Shown here: positions 35,801 to 50,800 of the stretch, one piece after another
Position numbering within the stretch: position 1 is the stretch's first letter
Layout: every line of letters begins with the position of its first letter
Source of the DNA: Eledone cirrhosa
Taxonomy: Eukaryota
DNA: 64,000 nt
Assembly: GCA_964016885.1 (NCBI GenBank)
Contig: OZ024741.1
Span: 412,052,001-412,116,000 of the forward strand
Direction of reading: 5' to 3'
The notes under the pieces: model-generated
What the model was told of the DNA's origin: nothing
Databases searched by the model: none
Seen by the model: the letters and a program-made list of their open reading frames with translations, nothing else
Translations under genes and position numbers: made by a program

Positions 35801-38800
35801 CACTGTCTATGTTGTTTAACCCTTTCATTACCATATTTGTAACGTAAGACACTGTCTATGTTGTTTAACCCTGTCATTACCATATTTCTAATGTAAGACA
35901 CTGTCTATGTTGTTTAACACTTTCATTACCATATTTCTAATGTAAGACACTGTCTATGTTGTTTAACCCTTTCATTACCATATTTGTAATGTAAGACACT
36001 GTGTATCTTGTTTACCCTTTCATTACCATATTTCTAATGTAAGACACTGTCTATGTTGTTTAACCCTTTCATTATCATATTTCTAATGTAAGACACTGTC
36101 TATGTTGTTTAACCCTTTCATTACAATATTTCTAATGTAAGACACTGTCTATGTTGTTTAACCCTTTCATTACCATATTTCTAATGTAAGACACTGTCTA
36201 TGTTGTTTAACCCTTTCATTACCATATTTCTAATGAAAGACACTGTCTATGTTGTTTAACCCTTTCATTACCATTTTTCTAATGTAAGACACTGTCTATG
36301 TTGTTTAACCCTTTCATTACCATATTTCTAATGAAAGACGCTGTCTATGTTGTTTAACCATTTCATTACCATATTTCTAATGTAAGACACTGTCTATGTT
36401 GTTTAACCCTTTCATTACCATATTTCTAATGTAAGACACTGTCTATGTTGTTTAACCCTTTCATTACCATATTTCTAATGTAAGACACTGTCTATGTTGT
36501 TTAACCCTTTCATTACCATTTTTCTAATGTAAGACACTGTCTATGTTGTTTAACCCTTTCATTACCATATTTCTAATGTAAGACACTGTCTTTCTTTAGC
36601 CCTTTCATTACCAATTTTCTAGTGAAAGCCACTGTCTATGTTGTTTAACCCTTTCATTACCATATTTGTAATGTAAGTCACTATCTATGTTGTTTAACCA
36701 TTTCATTACTATATTTCTAATGTAAGACACTGTCTATGTCTGTAACCTTTTCATTCCCATATTTCTAATGTAAGACACTGTCTATGTTGTTTAACCCTTT
36801 CATTACAATATTTCTAATGTAAGATACTATCTATGTTTTTTAACCCTTTCATTTCCATATTTCTAATGTAAGACACTGTCTATGTTGTTTAACCCTTTCA
36901 TTACCATATTTCTAATGAAAGACGCTGTCTATGTTGTTTAACCATTTCATTACCATATTTCTAATGTAAGACACTGTCTATGTTGTTTAACCCTTTCATT
37001 ACCATATTTCTAATGTAAGACACTGTCTATGTTGTTTAACCCTTTCATTACCATATTTCTAATGTAAGACACTGTCTATGTTGTTTAACCCTTTCATTAC
37101 CATATTTGTAATGTAAGACACTGTGTATCTTGTTTACCCTTTCATTACCATATTTCTAATGTAAGACACTGTCTATGTTGTTTAACCCTTTCATTACCAT
37201 ATTTGTAACGTAAGACACTGTCTATGTTGTTTAACCCTGTCATTAACATATTTCTAATGAAAGACACTGTCTATGTTGCTTAACCCTTTCATTACCATAT
37301 TTCTAATGTAAGACACTGTCTATGTTGTTTAACCCTTTAATTACCATATTTCTAATGTAAGACACTGTCTATGTTGTTTAACTCTTTAATTACCATATTT
37401 CTAATGTAAGACACTGTCTATGTTATTTAACTCTTTCATTACCATATTTGTAATGTAAGACACTGTGTATCTTGTTTAACCTTTCATTACCATATTTCTA
37501 ATGTAAGACACTGTCTATGTTGTTTAACCCTTTCATTACCATATTTCTAACGTAAGACACTGTCTATGTTGTTTAACCCTTTCATTACCATATTTCTAAT
37601 GAAAGACACTGTCTATGTTGTTAAACTTTTTCATTACCATATTTCTAATGAAAGACACTGTCTATGTTGTTTAACCCTTTCATTACCATATTTCTAATGA
37701 AAGACACTGTGTATGTCTTTAACCCTTTCATTAACATATTTATAATGAAAGACACTGTCTATGTTGTTTAAGCCTTTCATTATCATATTTCATTACGATA
37801 ATGTAAGACACTGTCTATATTGTTTAACCCTTTCATTATCATATTTCATTACCATATTTCTAATGTAAGACACTGTATATGTTGTTTAATCCTTTCATTA
37901 CCATATTTCTAATTTAAGACACTGTCTATGTTGTTTAACCCTTTCATTACCATATTTCTAATGAAAGACAGTCTATGTTGTTTAAATCTTTCATTACCAT
38001 ATTTCTAATGAAAAACAGTCTATGTTCCTTAACCCTTTCATTACCATGTTTCTAATGTAAGACACTGTCTATATTGTTTAACCCTTTATTACCATATTTC
38101 TAATGTAAGACACTGTCTATGTTCTTTAACCTTTTCATTATCATATTTCTAATGAAAGACACTCTCTATGTTGTTTAACCCTTTCATTACCATATTTGTA
38201 ATGTAAGACACTGTCTATGTTGTTTAACCCTTTCATTACCGTATTTCTAATGTAAGACACTGTCTATGTTGTTTAACCCTTCATTACCATATTTCTAATG
38301 TAAGACACTGTCTATGTTGTTTAACCCTTTCATTACCATATTTCTAATGAAAGACACTGTCTATCTTGTTTAGCCATTTCATTACCATCATTCTAATGAA
38401 AGACATTGTCTATGTCTTTAACCTTTTCATTACCATATTTCCAATGTAAGACACTGTCTATGTTGTTTAACCCTTTCAATACCATATTTTTAATAAAAGA
38501 CACTATGTATGTTGTTTAACCCTTTAATTACCATATTTCTAATGTAAGACACTGTCTATGTTGTTTAACCCTTTCATTACCATATTTCTAATGAAAGACA
38601 CTGTTTATGTTGTTTAAACCTTTCATTACCATATTTGCAATGAAAGACACTGTCTATGTTGTTTAACCCTTTAATTACCATCATTCTAATGAAAGACACT
38701 GTCTATGTCGTTAAACCTTTGATTACCAATTTTCTAATGAAAGACACTGTCTATGTCTCTAACCTTTCATTACCATCATTCTAATGAAAGACACTGTCTA

Positions 38801-39432
38801 TGTCTTTAACCTTTTCATTCCCATATTTCTAATGTAAGACACTGTCTATGTTGTTTAAGCCTTTCATTACCAAAATTCTAATGAAAGACACTGTCTCTGT
38901 CGTTAAACCTTTCATTACCATATTTCTACTAAAAGACACTGTCTATGTTGTTTAACCCTTTCATTATCATATTTCTAATGTAAGACACTGTCTATGTTGT
39001 TTAACCCTTTCATTACAATATTTCTAATGTAAGATACTGTCTATGTTGTTTAACCCTTTCATTACCAAATTTCTAATGTAAGACACTGTCTATGTTGTTT
39101 AACCCTTTCATTACCATATTTCTAATGAAAGACACTGTATATGTTGTTTAAACCTTTCATTACTATATTTCTAATGAAAGACACTGTCTATGTCTTTAAC
39201 CCATTTCATTACCATATTTCTAATGAAAGAAACTGTATATGTCGTTTAACCATTTCATTACCATATTTCTAATGTAAGAAACTGTCTATGTTGTTTATCC
39301 CTTTAATTACCATATTTCTAATGTAAAACACTGTCTATGTTGTTTAACCCTTTCAATACCACATTTCTAATGTAAGACACTGTCTATGTTGTTTAACCCT
39401 TTCATTACCATATTTCTAATGAAAGACACTGT
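29858..39432. repeat. 49-bp satellite, left block (about 195 copies); consensus TTAACCCTTTCATTACCATATTTCTAATG(T/A)AAGACACTGTCTATGTTGT
   Basis: 49-bp period (gtaa at 29881 and 29930) and an internal duplication at 4063-bp offset. Confidence 0.98.
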
Positions 39433-41880
39433 ATCATTATCATCATCATCATCATCATCATTTTACGTCCGCTTTTCCCTGCTTGCAAGGGTGGGACGGG
39501 TCTTATTCAGCACAGCATCTCTCCACTCGTCACGGTTCCTCGTCATCTCCACCGTGAGCTTCAATGATCTGAGGTCTGTTCTCAGCACCTCCGCCCATGT
39601 TTTTCGTGGTCTACCTCTACCACGTCTTCCCTCAACTGGCATTTCCTGGCACTTCTTCACCCATCGGTTATCCTCCATGCGCATCACATGTCCATACCAC
39701 CTCAGTCTCCTCTCCCGTAAACTACATTCTATCCCTCTCAGACACAGTTTCTCTCTCAACACATTTATGCTGGGTCGTTCACGCACATTTACACTGCACA
39801 TCCAACGGAGCATGCTTGCCTCATTTCTCTCCAGCCGTCGCATATCCTCTGCGGTTACTGCCCATGTCTCACTACCATGCAGCATCGCGCTCCTCACACA
39901 GGCATCATACAACCGGCCTTTCGTACGCAGGGAGAAACCCTTCTTCGTCAACAGAGGAAGCAGCTCCCTAAACTTCTTCCAACCCGTCCTTATTCTAGAT
40001 ACTATGGCCTCGGAACACCCTCCTCCCATGCTAATCTGATCTCCTAGGTACCGGAAGCTATCCACCACTTCTATAGTGCCCTCTCGCATTTGAAAGATGT
40101 GTCTATCAGTGCGACTTCTACTGTCTAATTTCCCTGTACATCTACTGCATACATATTTCCCCCTACCTGTTAGTTTGCCTGCTATCCCGCTACATCTCTT
40201 GTGTAACCAGGACCTGCATTGTGTGCATTTTATAGAATTTATGCCAGTTCCTTTTCTGCATATCGAACATGGCCATTTCCCTGACGGAATCAGGGTTTTG
40301 TCCTCTTTTCTACTCATCAACACTTTTGTCTTAGCTAGATTTACTCTCAGTCCTCTTGCTTCCAACTGCTGTTTCCATAGCCGGAATTTATTCTCTAGCT
40401 CCTCTACTGATTCTGCCATAAGAGCCAGATCGTCAGCATAGAGAAGTTCCCATGGACAGCCAGTCTTAAACTCCTCTGTTATGGCTTGGAGGACTATAAT
40501 GAACAAGAGCGGGCTGAGGACCGAACCCTGATGTACTCCTACTTGTATCTGGAATTCCTCACTAAACTCCATTCCTACCCTGACTTTACTGAGAGTACCT
40601 CTGTACAAAGTTTGCACTGTCCTCATAAGCCATTCCTCAACACCCAGCTTCCTTAGGGACCACCAGATGACAGATCGCGGTACCCTATCAAAGGCCTTCT
40701 CTAGGTCAACAAAGGCTAAGTATAGTGGCTTATTCTTCTCTAAGAACATTCTCTTGCATTTGTCTCACCAAGAAGAGGGCATCTGTTGTACTCTTCCCAG
40801 GCACAAAACCAAACTGCATCTCATCTAGTTTGACCCTTTCTCTAATTAGTTGTGCTAAAATCCTTTCTGCCACTTTCATAACCTGATCTATCAGTTTTAT
40901 ACCCCTATAATTGCTCCTCTCCAAAGCATCCCCTTTACCTTTGTAGCAATTTATGAGAATACTGCTGCACCAGTCTTTGGGTATGACACCACCATATATA
41001 GCCTGATTGATGATGCGTGCAACCAGTTTAGTGCCTACGTCCCCTGATGCCTTCAGCATCTCAGCAACTATTCCCAATGGTCCGGCCGCCTTACCATTTT
41101 TCATTTCCCTAATCGCCTCTTGGACCCTATATTCGTCAATCTCAATAGCTGGTCCCTCTGTCGGATCTACCAAGGGTAATTTCTCTCTCTCCCATTCGTT
41201 CTCCACATTCATCAGTCTCTCATAATGACATTTCCAGGCCTCCTTTTTCTGGTCATTCGTGACACTAAGTACACCGGCATCATCCCGGACACATTTATCA
41301 CCAACAACATCCTGATTTGCATTGATACACTGCCTTGCAATGTGGAACACCGCACGCCTCTGATCTTCCCGTCGCAGAACATTGGCAAACTTCCTACTCT
41401 CTGCCTCCCTGCGTACTAAGTACACCTGACGTCTAGCTTCTCTCTTAGTGGCTGTATATTCTTCCCTACTCCCACCTATTTCCAAGCCTTCCATGCTAGT
41501 CTTTTGTCTCTAATAGCCTTATCTACTGTGCTGTTCCACCACCAGGTCACTCTCTGTCTGGTTGGAGCTCTGCTCCAGCCACAGGTTTCATCAGTAGCCT
41601 GCAGCAAGTTGTCACGTAAGAACTTCCAGTTATTATCTATGTCATACGTCTCTAAATCGTCTTCATTTTCGTCATATACATCTTGAAGGGCTTTCCTAAA
41701 TTTGAATTTTAGTGAAAAGTCTTTTAGCTTCCAGAACTTTCTTCTCCACACCTTCCTATATGTCTCATTCCATCTCTTGCTTACTGAGATATCACTAACA
41801 ACTAACCTATGCTGTGGGGTACATTCTTCCCCAGGGTATGCCTTGGTATTAGACACTATCTGCCTGTCCCGCTGCCTAAA
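39433..41880 (-). mobile_element. 5'-truncated RTE LINE (end of APE, RT, PHD finger, thumb) with two 1-bp frameshifts and (ATG)n tail, inserted in the satellite
   Basis: ORFs 41856-41476, 41494-40730 and 40749-39463 are collinear: PQHRLVV, NYRGIKL, QFGF, FVDLEKAFD, GVHQGSVLSP, LLYADDL, C4HC3, FRYLG, HGSETW, RLRWYGH. The stop codon abuts the tail. Confidence 0.95.
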
Positions 41881-44800
41881 TATATGTTGTTTAAACCTTT
41901 CATTACTATATTTCTAATGAAAGACACTGTCTATGTCTTTAACCTCTTTCATTACCTTATTTCTAATGAAAGAAACTGTCTAAGTTGTTTAACACTTTCA
42001 TTACCATAGTTCTAATGAAAGACACTGTATATGTCGTTTAACCATTTCATTACCATATTTCTAATGTAAGAAACTGTCTATGTTGTTTATCCCTTTAATT
42101 ACCATATTTCTAATGTAAAACACTGTCTATGTTGTTTAACCCTTTCAATACCACATTTCTAATGTAAGACACTGTCTATGTTGTTTAACCCTTTCATTAC
42201 CATATTTCTAATGAAAGACACTCTCTATGTTGTTTAACCCTTTCATTACCATATTTCTAATGAAAGACACTGTCTATGTTGTTTATCCCTTTAATTACCA
42301 TATTTCTAATGTAAGACACTATCTATGTTGTTTAACCCTTTCATTACCATATTTGTAATGTAAGACACTGTGTATCTTGTTTAACCTTTCATTACCATAT
42401 TTCTAATGTAAGACACTGTCTATGATTTTAACCCTTTCATTACCATATTTCTAATGTAAGACACTGTCTATGTTGTTTAACCCTTTCATTAACATATTTG
42501 TAATGTAAGACACTGTCTATGTTGTTTAACCCTTTCATTACCATATTTCTAATGTAAGACACTGTCTATGATTTTAACCCTTTCATTACCATATTTCTAA
42601 TGTAAGACACTCTCTATGTTGTTTAACCCTTTCATTACCATATTTTTAATGTAAGACACTGTCTATGTTGTTTAACCCTTTCACTACCATGTTTCTAATG
42701 TAAGACACTGTCTATATTGTTTAACCCTTTCATTACCATATTTCTAATGTAAGACACTGTCTATGTTTTTTAACCCTTACATTACCATATTTCTAATGAA
42801 AGACACTGTCTATGTTCTTTAACCCTTTCATTACCATATTTCTAATGAAAGACACTGTCTATGTTGTTTAACCCTTTCATAACCATATTTGTAATGTAAG
42901 ACACTGTCTATGTTGTTTAACCCTTTCATTACCATATTTCTAATGAAAGACTCTGTTTATGTTGTTTAACCTTTTCATTACCATATTTCTAATGTAAGAC
43001 ACTGTCTATTTTGTTTAACCCTTTCATTACCATATTTTTTATGTAAGACACTGTCTATGTTGTTTAACCCTTTCATTAGCATATTTCTAATGTAAGAAAC
43101 TGTCTATATTGTTTAACACTTTCATTACCATATTTCTAATGTAAGACACTGTCTATGTTGTTTAACCCTTTCATTACAATATTTCTAATGTAAGACACTC
43201 TCTATGTTGTTTATCCCTTTAATTACCAAATTTCTAATGTAAGACACTGTCTATGTTGTTTAACCCTTTCATTACCATATTTCTAATGAAAGACACTGTA
43301 TATGTTGTTTAAACCTTTCATTACTATATTTCTAATGAAAGACACTGTCTATGTCTTTAACCTCTTTCATTACCTTATTTCTAATGAAAGAAACTGTCTA
43401 AGTTGTTTAACACTTTCATTACCATATTTCTAATGAAAGACACTCTCTATGTTGTTTAACCCTTTCATTACCATATTTCTAATGAAAACACTGTCTATGT
43501 TGTTTAAACGTTTCATTACTATATTTCTAATGAAAACACTGTCTATGTTGTTTAAACCTTTCATTACTATATTTCTAATGAAAGACACTGTCTATGTTGT
43601 TTATCCCTTTAATTACCATATTTCTAATGTAAGACACTCTCTATGTTGTTTAACCCTTTCATTACCATATTTGTAATGTAAGACACTGTGTATCTTGTTT
43701 AACCTTTCATAACCATATTTCTAATGTAAGACACTGTCTATGTTGTTTAACCCTTTCATTAACATATTTGTAATCTAAGACACTGTCTATATTGTTTAAC
43801 CCTTTATTACCATATTTCTAATGTAAGACACTGTCTATGTTTTTTAACCCTTTCATTACCATATTTCTAATGAAAGACACTGTCTATGTTCTTTAACACT
43901 TTCATTACCATATTTCTAATGTCTATGTTCATTACCATATTTCTAATGTCTATGTTGTTTAACCCTTTCATTACAATATTTCTAATGTAAGACACTCTCT
44001 ATGTTGTTTAACCCTTTCATTACCATATTTCTAATGAAAGACTCTGTCTATGTTGTTTAACCTTTTCATTACCATATTTCTAATGTAAGACACTGTCTAT
44101 TTTGTTTAACCCTTTAATTACCATATTTCTAATGTAAGACACTGTCTATGTTGTTTAACCCTTTCATTAGCATATTTGTAATGTAAGACACTGTCTATGT
44201 TGTTTAACCCTTTCATTAATATATTTCGAATGAAAGACACTGTTTATGTCTTTAACCCTTTCATTACCATATTTCTAATGTAAGACTCTGACTATGTGTT
44301 TAACCCTTTCATTACCATATATCTAATGTAAGACACTCTCTATGTTGTTTAACCCTTTCATTACCATATTTCTAATGTAAGACACTATCTACGTTTTTAA
44401 CGCTTTCATTACCAAATTTCTAATGTAAGACACTATCTATGTTGTTTAACCCTTTCATTACCATATTTCTAATGTAAGACACTGTCTATGTTTTTAACCC
44501 TTTCATTACCATATTTCTAATGTAAGACACTGTCTATGTTGTTTAACCCTTTCATTACCATATTTGTAATGTAAGACACTGTGTATCTTGTTTAACCTTC
44601 CATTACCATATTTCTAACGTAAGACACTGACAATGTTGTTTAACCATTTCATTACCATCATTCTAATGAAAGACATTGTCTATGTCTTTAACCTTTTAAT
44701 TCCCATATTTCTAATGTAAGACACTTTCTATGTTGTTTAACCCTTCTATTACCATATTTCTAATGTAAGACACTGTCTATGTTGCTTAACACTTTCATAA

Positions 44801-47800
44801 CCATATTTCTAATGTAAAACACTGTCTGTGTTGTTTAACCCTTTCATTGCCATATTTCTAATGTAAGACACTGTCTATATTGTTTAACACTTTAATTACC
44901 ATATTTCTAATGTAAGACACTGTCTATGTTGTTTAACCCTTTCATTACAATATTTCTAATGTAAGACACTCTCTATGTTGTTTATCCCTTTAATTACCAA
45001 ATTTCTAATGAAAGACACTGTATATGTTGTTTAAACCTTTCATTACTATATTTCTAATGAAAGACACTGTCTATGTCTTTAACCTCTTTCATTACCTTAT
45101 TTCTAATGAAAGAAACTGTCTAAGTTGTTTAACACTTTCATTACCATATTTCTAATGTAAGAAACTGTCTATGTTGTTTATCCCTTTAATTACCATATTT
45201 CTAATTTAAAACACTGTCTATGTTGTTTAACCCTTTCAATACCACATTTCTAATGTAAGACACTGTCTATGTTGTTTAACCTTTTCATTACCATATTTCT
45301 AATGAAAGACACTGTCTATGTTGTGTAACCCATTCATTACTATATTTCTAACATAAGACACTGTCTATGTTGTTTATCCCTTTAATTACCATATTTCTAA
45401 TGAAAGACACTGTCTATGTTGTTTAATCTTTTCATTACCATATTTCTAATGTAAGACACTGTCTATGTTGTTTATCCCTTTAATTACCATATTTCTAATG
45501 TAAGACACTGTCTATGTTGTTTATCCCTTTAATTACCATATTTCTAATGTAAGACACTATCTATGTTGTTTAACCCTTTCATTACCATATTTGTAATGTA
45601 AGACACTGTGTATCTTGTTTAACCTTTCATACCCATATTTCTAATGTAAGACACTGTCTATGTTGTTTAACCCTTTCATTAACATATTTGTAATGTAAGA
45701 CACTGTCTATGTTGTTTAACCCTTTCATTACCATATTTCTAATGTAAGACACTGTCTATGATTTTAACCCTTTCATTACCATATTTCTAATGTAAGACAC
45801 TCTATATGTTGTTTAACCCTTTCATTACCATATTTTTAATGTAAGACACTGTCTATGTTGTTTAACCCTTTCACTACCATGTTTCTAATGTAAGACACTG
45901 TCTATATTGTCTAACCCTTTATTACCATATTTCTAATGTAAGACACTGTCTATGTTCTTTAACCCTTTCATTGCCATATTTCTAATGAAACACACTGTCT
46001 ATGTTGTTTAACACTTTCATTACCATATTTCTAATGTCTATGTTGTTTAACCCTTTCATTACAATATTTCTAATGTAAGACACTGTCTATGTTTTTTAAC
46101 CCTTTCATTACAATATTTCTAATGAAAGACACTGTCTATGTTCTTTAACCCTTTCATTGCCATATTTCTAATGAAAGACACTGTCTATGTTGTTTAACAC
46201 TTTCATTACCATATTTCTAATGTCTATGTTCATTACCATATTTCTAATGTCTATGTTGTTTAACCCTTTCATTACAATATTTCTAATGTAAGACACAATC
46301 TATGTTGTTTAACCCTTTCATTACCATATTTCTAATGAAAGACTCTGTCTATGTTGTTTAACCTTTTCATTACCATATTTCTAATGTAAGACACTGTCTA
46401 TGTCTTTAACCCTTTCATTACCATATTTCTAATGTAAGACTCTGACTATGTGTTTAACCCTTTCATTACCATATTTCTAATGTAAGACACTGTCTATGTT
46501 GTTTAACCCTTCCATTACCATATTTCTAATGTAAGACACTATCTACGTTGTCTAACCCTTTCATTACCAAATGTCTAATGTAAGACACTATCTATGTTGT
46601 TTAACCCTTTCATTACCAAATTTCTAATGTAAGACACTGTCTATGTTGTTTAACCCTTTCATTACCATATTTCTAATGAAAGACACTGTATATGTTGTTT
46701 AAACCTTTCATTACTATATTTCTAATGAAAGACACTGTCTATGTCTTTAACCTCTTTCATTACCTTATTTCTAATGAAAGAAACTGTCTAAGTTGTTTAA
46801 CACTTTCATTACCATATTTCTAATGAAAGACACTGTATATGTCGTTTAACCATTTCATTACCATATTTCTAATGTAAGAAACAGTCTATGTTGTTTAACC
46901 CTTTCAATACCACATTTCTAATGTAAGACACTGTCTATATTGTTTAACCCTTTCATTACCATATTTCTAATGAAAGGCACTCTCTATGTTGTTTAACACT
47001 TTCATTACCATATTTCTAATGAAAACACTGTCTATGTTGTTTAAACCTTTCATTACTATATTTCTAATGAAAGACACTGTCTATGTTGTTTATCCCTTTA
47101 ATTACCATATTTCTAATGTAAGACACTATCTATGTTGTTTAACCCTTTCATTACCATATTTGTAATGTAAGACACTGTGTATCTTGTTTAAACTTTCATA
47201 ACCATATTTCTAATGTAAGACACTGTCTATGTTGTTTAACCCTTTCATTAACATATTTGTAATGTAAGACACTGTCTATATTGTTTAACCCTTTATTACC
47301 ATATTTCTAATGTAAGACACTGTCTATGTTTTTTAACCCTTTCATTACCATATTTCTAATGAAAGACACTGTTTATGTTCTTTAACACTTTCATTACCAT
47401 ATTTCTAATGTCTATGTTCATTACCATATTTCTAATGTCTATGTTGTTTAACCCTTTAATTACAATATTTCTAATGTAAGACACTCTCTATGTTGTTTAA
47501 CCCTTTCATTACCATATTTCTAATGAAAGACTCTGTCTATGTTGTTTAATCTTTTCATTACCATATTTCTAATGTAAGACAATGTCTATGTTGTTTAACC
47601 CTTTCATTAGCATATCTGTAATGTAAGACACTGTCTATGTTGTTTAACCCTTTCATTGCCAGATTTCTAATGAAAGACACTGTTTATGTTCTTTAACACT
47701 TTCATTACCATATTTCTAATGTCTATGTTCATTACCATATTTCTAATGTCTATGTTGTTTAACCCTTTCATTACAATATTTCTAATGTAAGACACTCTCT

Positions 47801-50800
47801 ATGTTGTTTAACCCTTTCATTACCATATTTCTAATGAAAGACTCTGTCTATGTTGTTTAATCTTTTCATTACCATATTTCTAATGTAAGACAATGTCTAT
47901 GTTGTTTAACCCTTTCATTAGCATATCTGTAATGTAAGACACTGTCTATGTTGTTTAACCCTTTCATTACCAGATTTCTAATGAAAGACACTGTTTATGT
48001 TCTTTAACACTTTCATTACCATATTTCTAATGTCTATGTTCATTACCATATTTCTAATGTCTATGTTGTTTAACCCTTTCATTACAATATTTCTAATGTA
48101 AGACACTCTCTATGTTGTTTAACCCTTTCATTACCATATTTCTAATGAAAGACTCTGTCTATGTTGTTTAATCTTTTCATTACCATATTTCTAATGTAAG
48201 ACAATGTCTATGTTGTTTAACCCTTTCATTAGCATATCTGTAATGTAAGACACTGTCTATGTTGTTTAACCCTTTCATTACCAGATTTCTAATGAAAGAC
48301 ACTGTTTATGTTCTTTAACACTTTCATTACCATATTTCTAATGTCTATGTTCATTACCATATTTCTAATGTCTATGTTGTTTAACCCTTTCATTACAATA
48401 TTTCTAATGTAAGACACTCTCTATGTTGTTTAACCCTTTCATTACCAGATTTCTAATGAAAGACTCTGTCTATGTTGTTTAACCCTTTCATTAGCATATC
48501 TGTAATGTAAGACACTGTCTATGTTGTTTAACCCTTTCATTAGCATATCTGTAATGTAAGACACTGTTTATGTTGTTTAACCCTTTCATTACCATATTTC
48601 TAATGTAAGACACTGTCTATTTTGTTTAACCCTTTCATAACCATATTTTTAATGTAAGACACTGTCTATGTTGTTTAACCCTTTCATTAGCATATTTCTA
48701 ATGTAAGAAACTGTCTATATTGTTTAACACTTTCATTACCATATTTCTAATGTAAGACACTGTCTATGTTGTTTAACCCTTTCATTACAATATTTCTAAT
48801 GTAAGACACTCTCTATGTTGTTTATCCCTTTAATTACCAAATTTCTAATGTAAGACACTGTCTATGTTGTTTAACCCTTTCATTACCATATTTCTAATGA
48901 AAGACACTGTATATGTTGTTTAAACCTTTCATTACTATATTTCTAATGAAAGACACTGTCTATGTCTTTAACCTCTTTCATTACCTTATTTCTAATGAAA
49001 GAAACTGTCTAAGTTGTTTAACACTTTCATTACCATATTTCTAATGAAAGACACTGTATATGTTGTTTATCCCTTTAATTACCATATTTCTAATGTAAAA
49101 CACTGTCTATGTTGTTTAACCCTTTCATTACCATATTTCTAATGAAAGACACTCTCTATGTTGTTTAACCCTTTCATTACCATATTTCTAATGAAAGACA
49201 CTGTCTATGTTGTTTATCCCTTTAATTACCATATTTCTAATGAAAGACACTGTCTATGTTGTTTAATCTTTTCATTACCATATTTCTAATGTAAGACACT
49301 GTCTATGTTGTTTATCCCTTTAATTACCATATTTCTAATGTAAGACACTGTCTATGTTGTTTATCCCTTTAATTACCATATTTCTAATGTAAGACACTAT
49401 CTATGTTGTTTAACCCTTTCATTATCATATTTGTAATGTAAGACACTGTGTATCTTGTTTAACCTTTCATAACCACATTTCTAATGTAAGACACTGTCTA
49501 TGTTGTTTAACCCTTTCATTAACATATTTGTAATGTAAGACACTGTCTATGTTGTTTAACCCTTTCATTACCATATTTCTAATGTAAGACACTGTCTATG
49601 TTGTTTAACCCTTCCATTACCATATTTCTAATGTAAGACAGTATCTACGTTGTCTAACCCTTTCATTACCAAATGTCTAATGTAAGACACTATCTATGTT
49701 GTTTAACCCTTTCATTACCAAATTTCTAATGTAAGACACTATCTATGTTGTTTAACCCTTTCATTACTATATTTCTAATGAAAGACACTGTCTATGTTGT
49801 TTATCCCTTTAATTACCATATTTCTAATGTAAGACACTATCTATGTTGTTTAACCCTTTCATTACCATATTTGTAATGTAAGACACTGTGTATCTTGTTT
49901 AACTTTTCATAACCATATTTCTAATGTAAGACACTGTCTATGTTGTTTAACCCTTTCATTAACATATTTGTAATGTAAGACACTGTCTATATTGTTTAAC
50001 CCTTTATTACCATATTTCTAATGTAAGACACTGTCTATATTTTTTAACCCTTTCATTACCATATTTCTAATGAAAGACACTGTTTATGTTCTTTAACACT
50101 TTCATTACCATATTTCTAATGTCTATGTTCATTACCATATTTCTAATGTCTATGTTGTTTAACCCTTTCATTACAATATTTCTAATGTAAGACACTCTCT
50201 ATGTTGTTTAACCCTTTCATTACCATATTTCTAATGAAAGACTCTGTCTATGTTGTTTAACCTTTTCTTTACCATATTTCTAATGTAAGACGATGTATAT
50301 TTTGTTTAACCCTTTAATTACCATATTTCTAATGTAAGACACTGTCTATGTTGTTTAACCCTTTCATTAGCATATTTGTAATGTAAGACACTGTCTATGT
50401 TGTTTAACCCTTTCATTACCAGATTTCTAATGAAAGACTCTGTCTATGTTGTTTAACCTTTTCATTACCATATTTCTAATGTAAGACACTGTCTATTTTG
50501 TTTAACCCTTTCATTACCATATTTTTAATGTAAGACACTGTCTATGTTGTTTAACCCTTTCATTAGCATATTTCTAATGTAAGAAACTGTCTATATTGTT
50601 TAACACTTTCATTACCATATTTCTAATGTAAGACACTGTCTATGTTGTTTAACCCTTTCATTACAATATTTCTAATGTAAGACACTCTCTATGTTGTTTA
50701 TCCCTTTAATTACCAAATTTCTAATGTAAGACACTGTCTATGTTGTTTAACCCTTTCATTACCATATTTCTAATGAAAGACACTGTATATGTTGTTTAAA

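Noticed and set aside
40730-41494. Programmed frameshifting in the satellite-embedded RTE
   Set aside because: One 1-bp loss and one 1-bp gain with no slippery heptamer; mutation or sequencing error is simpler.
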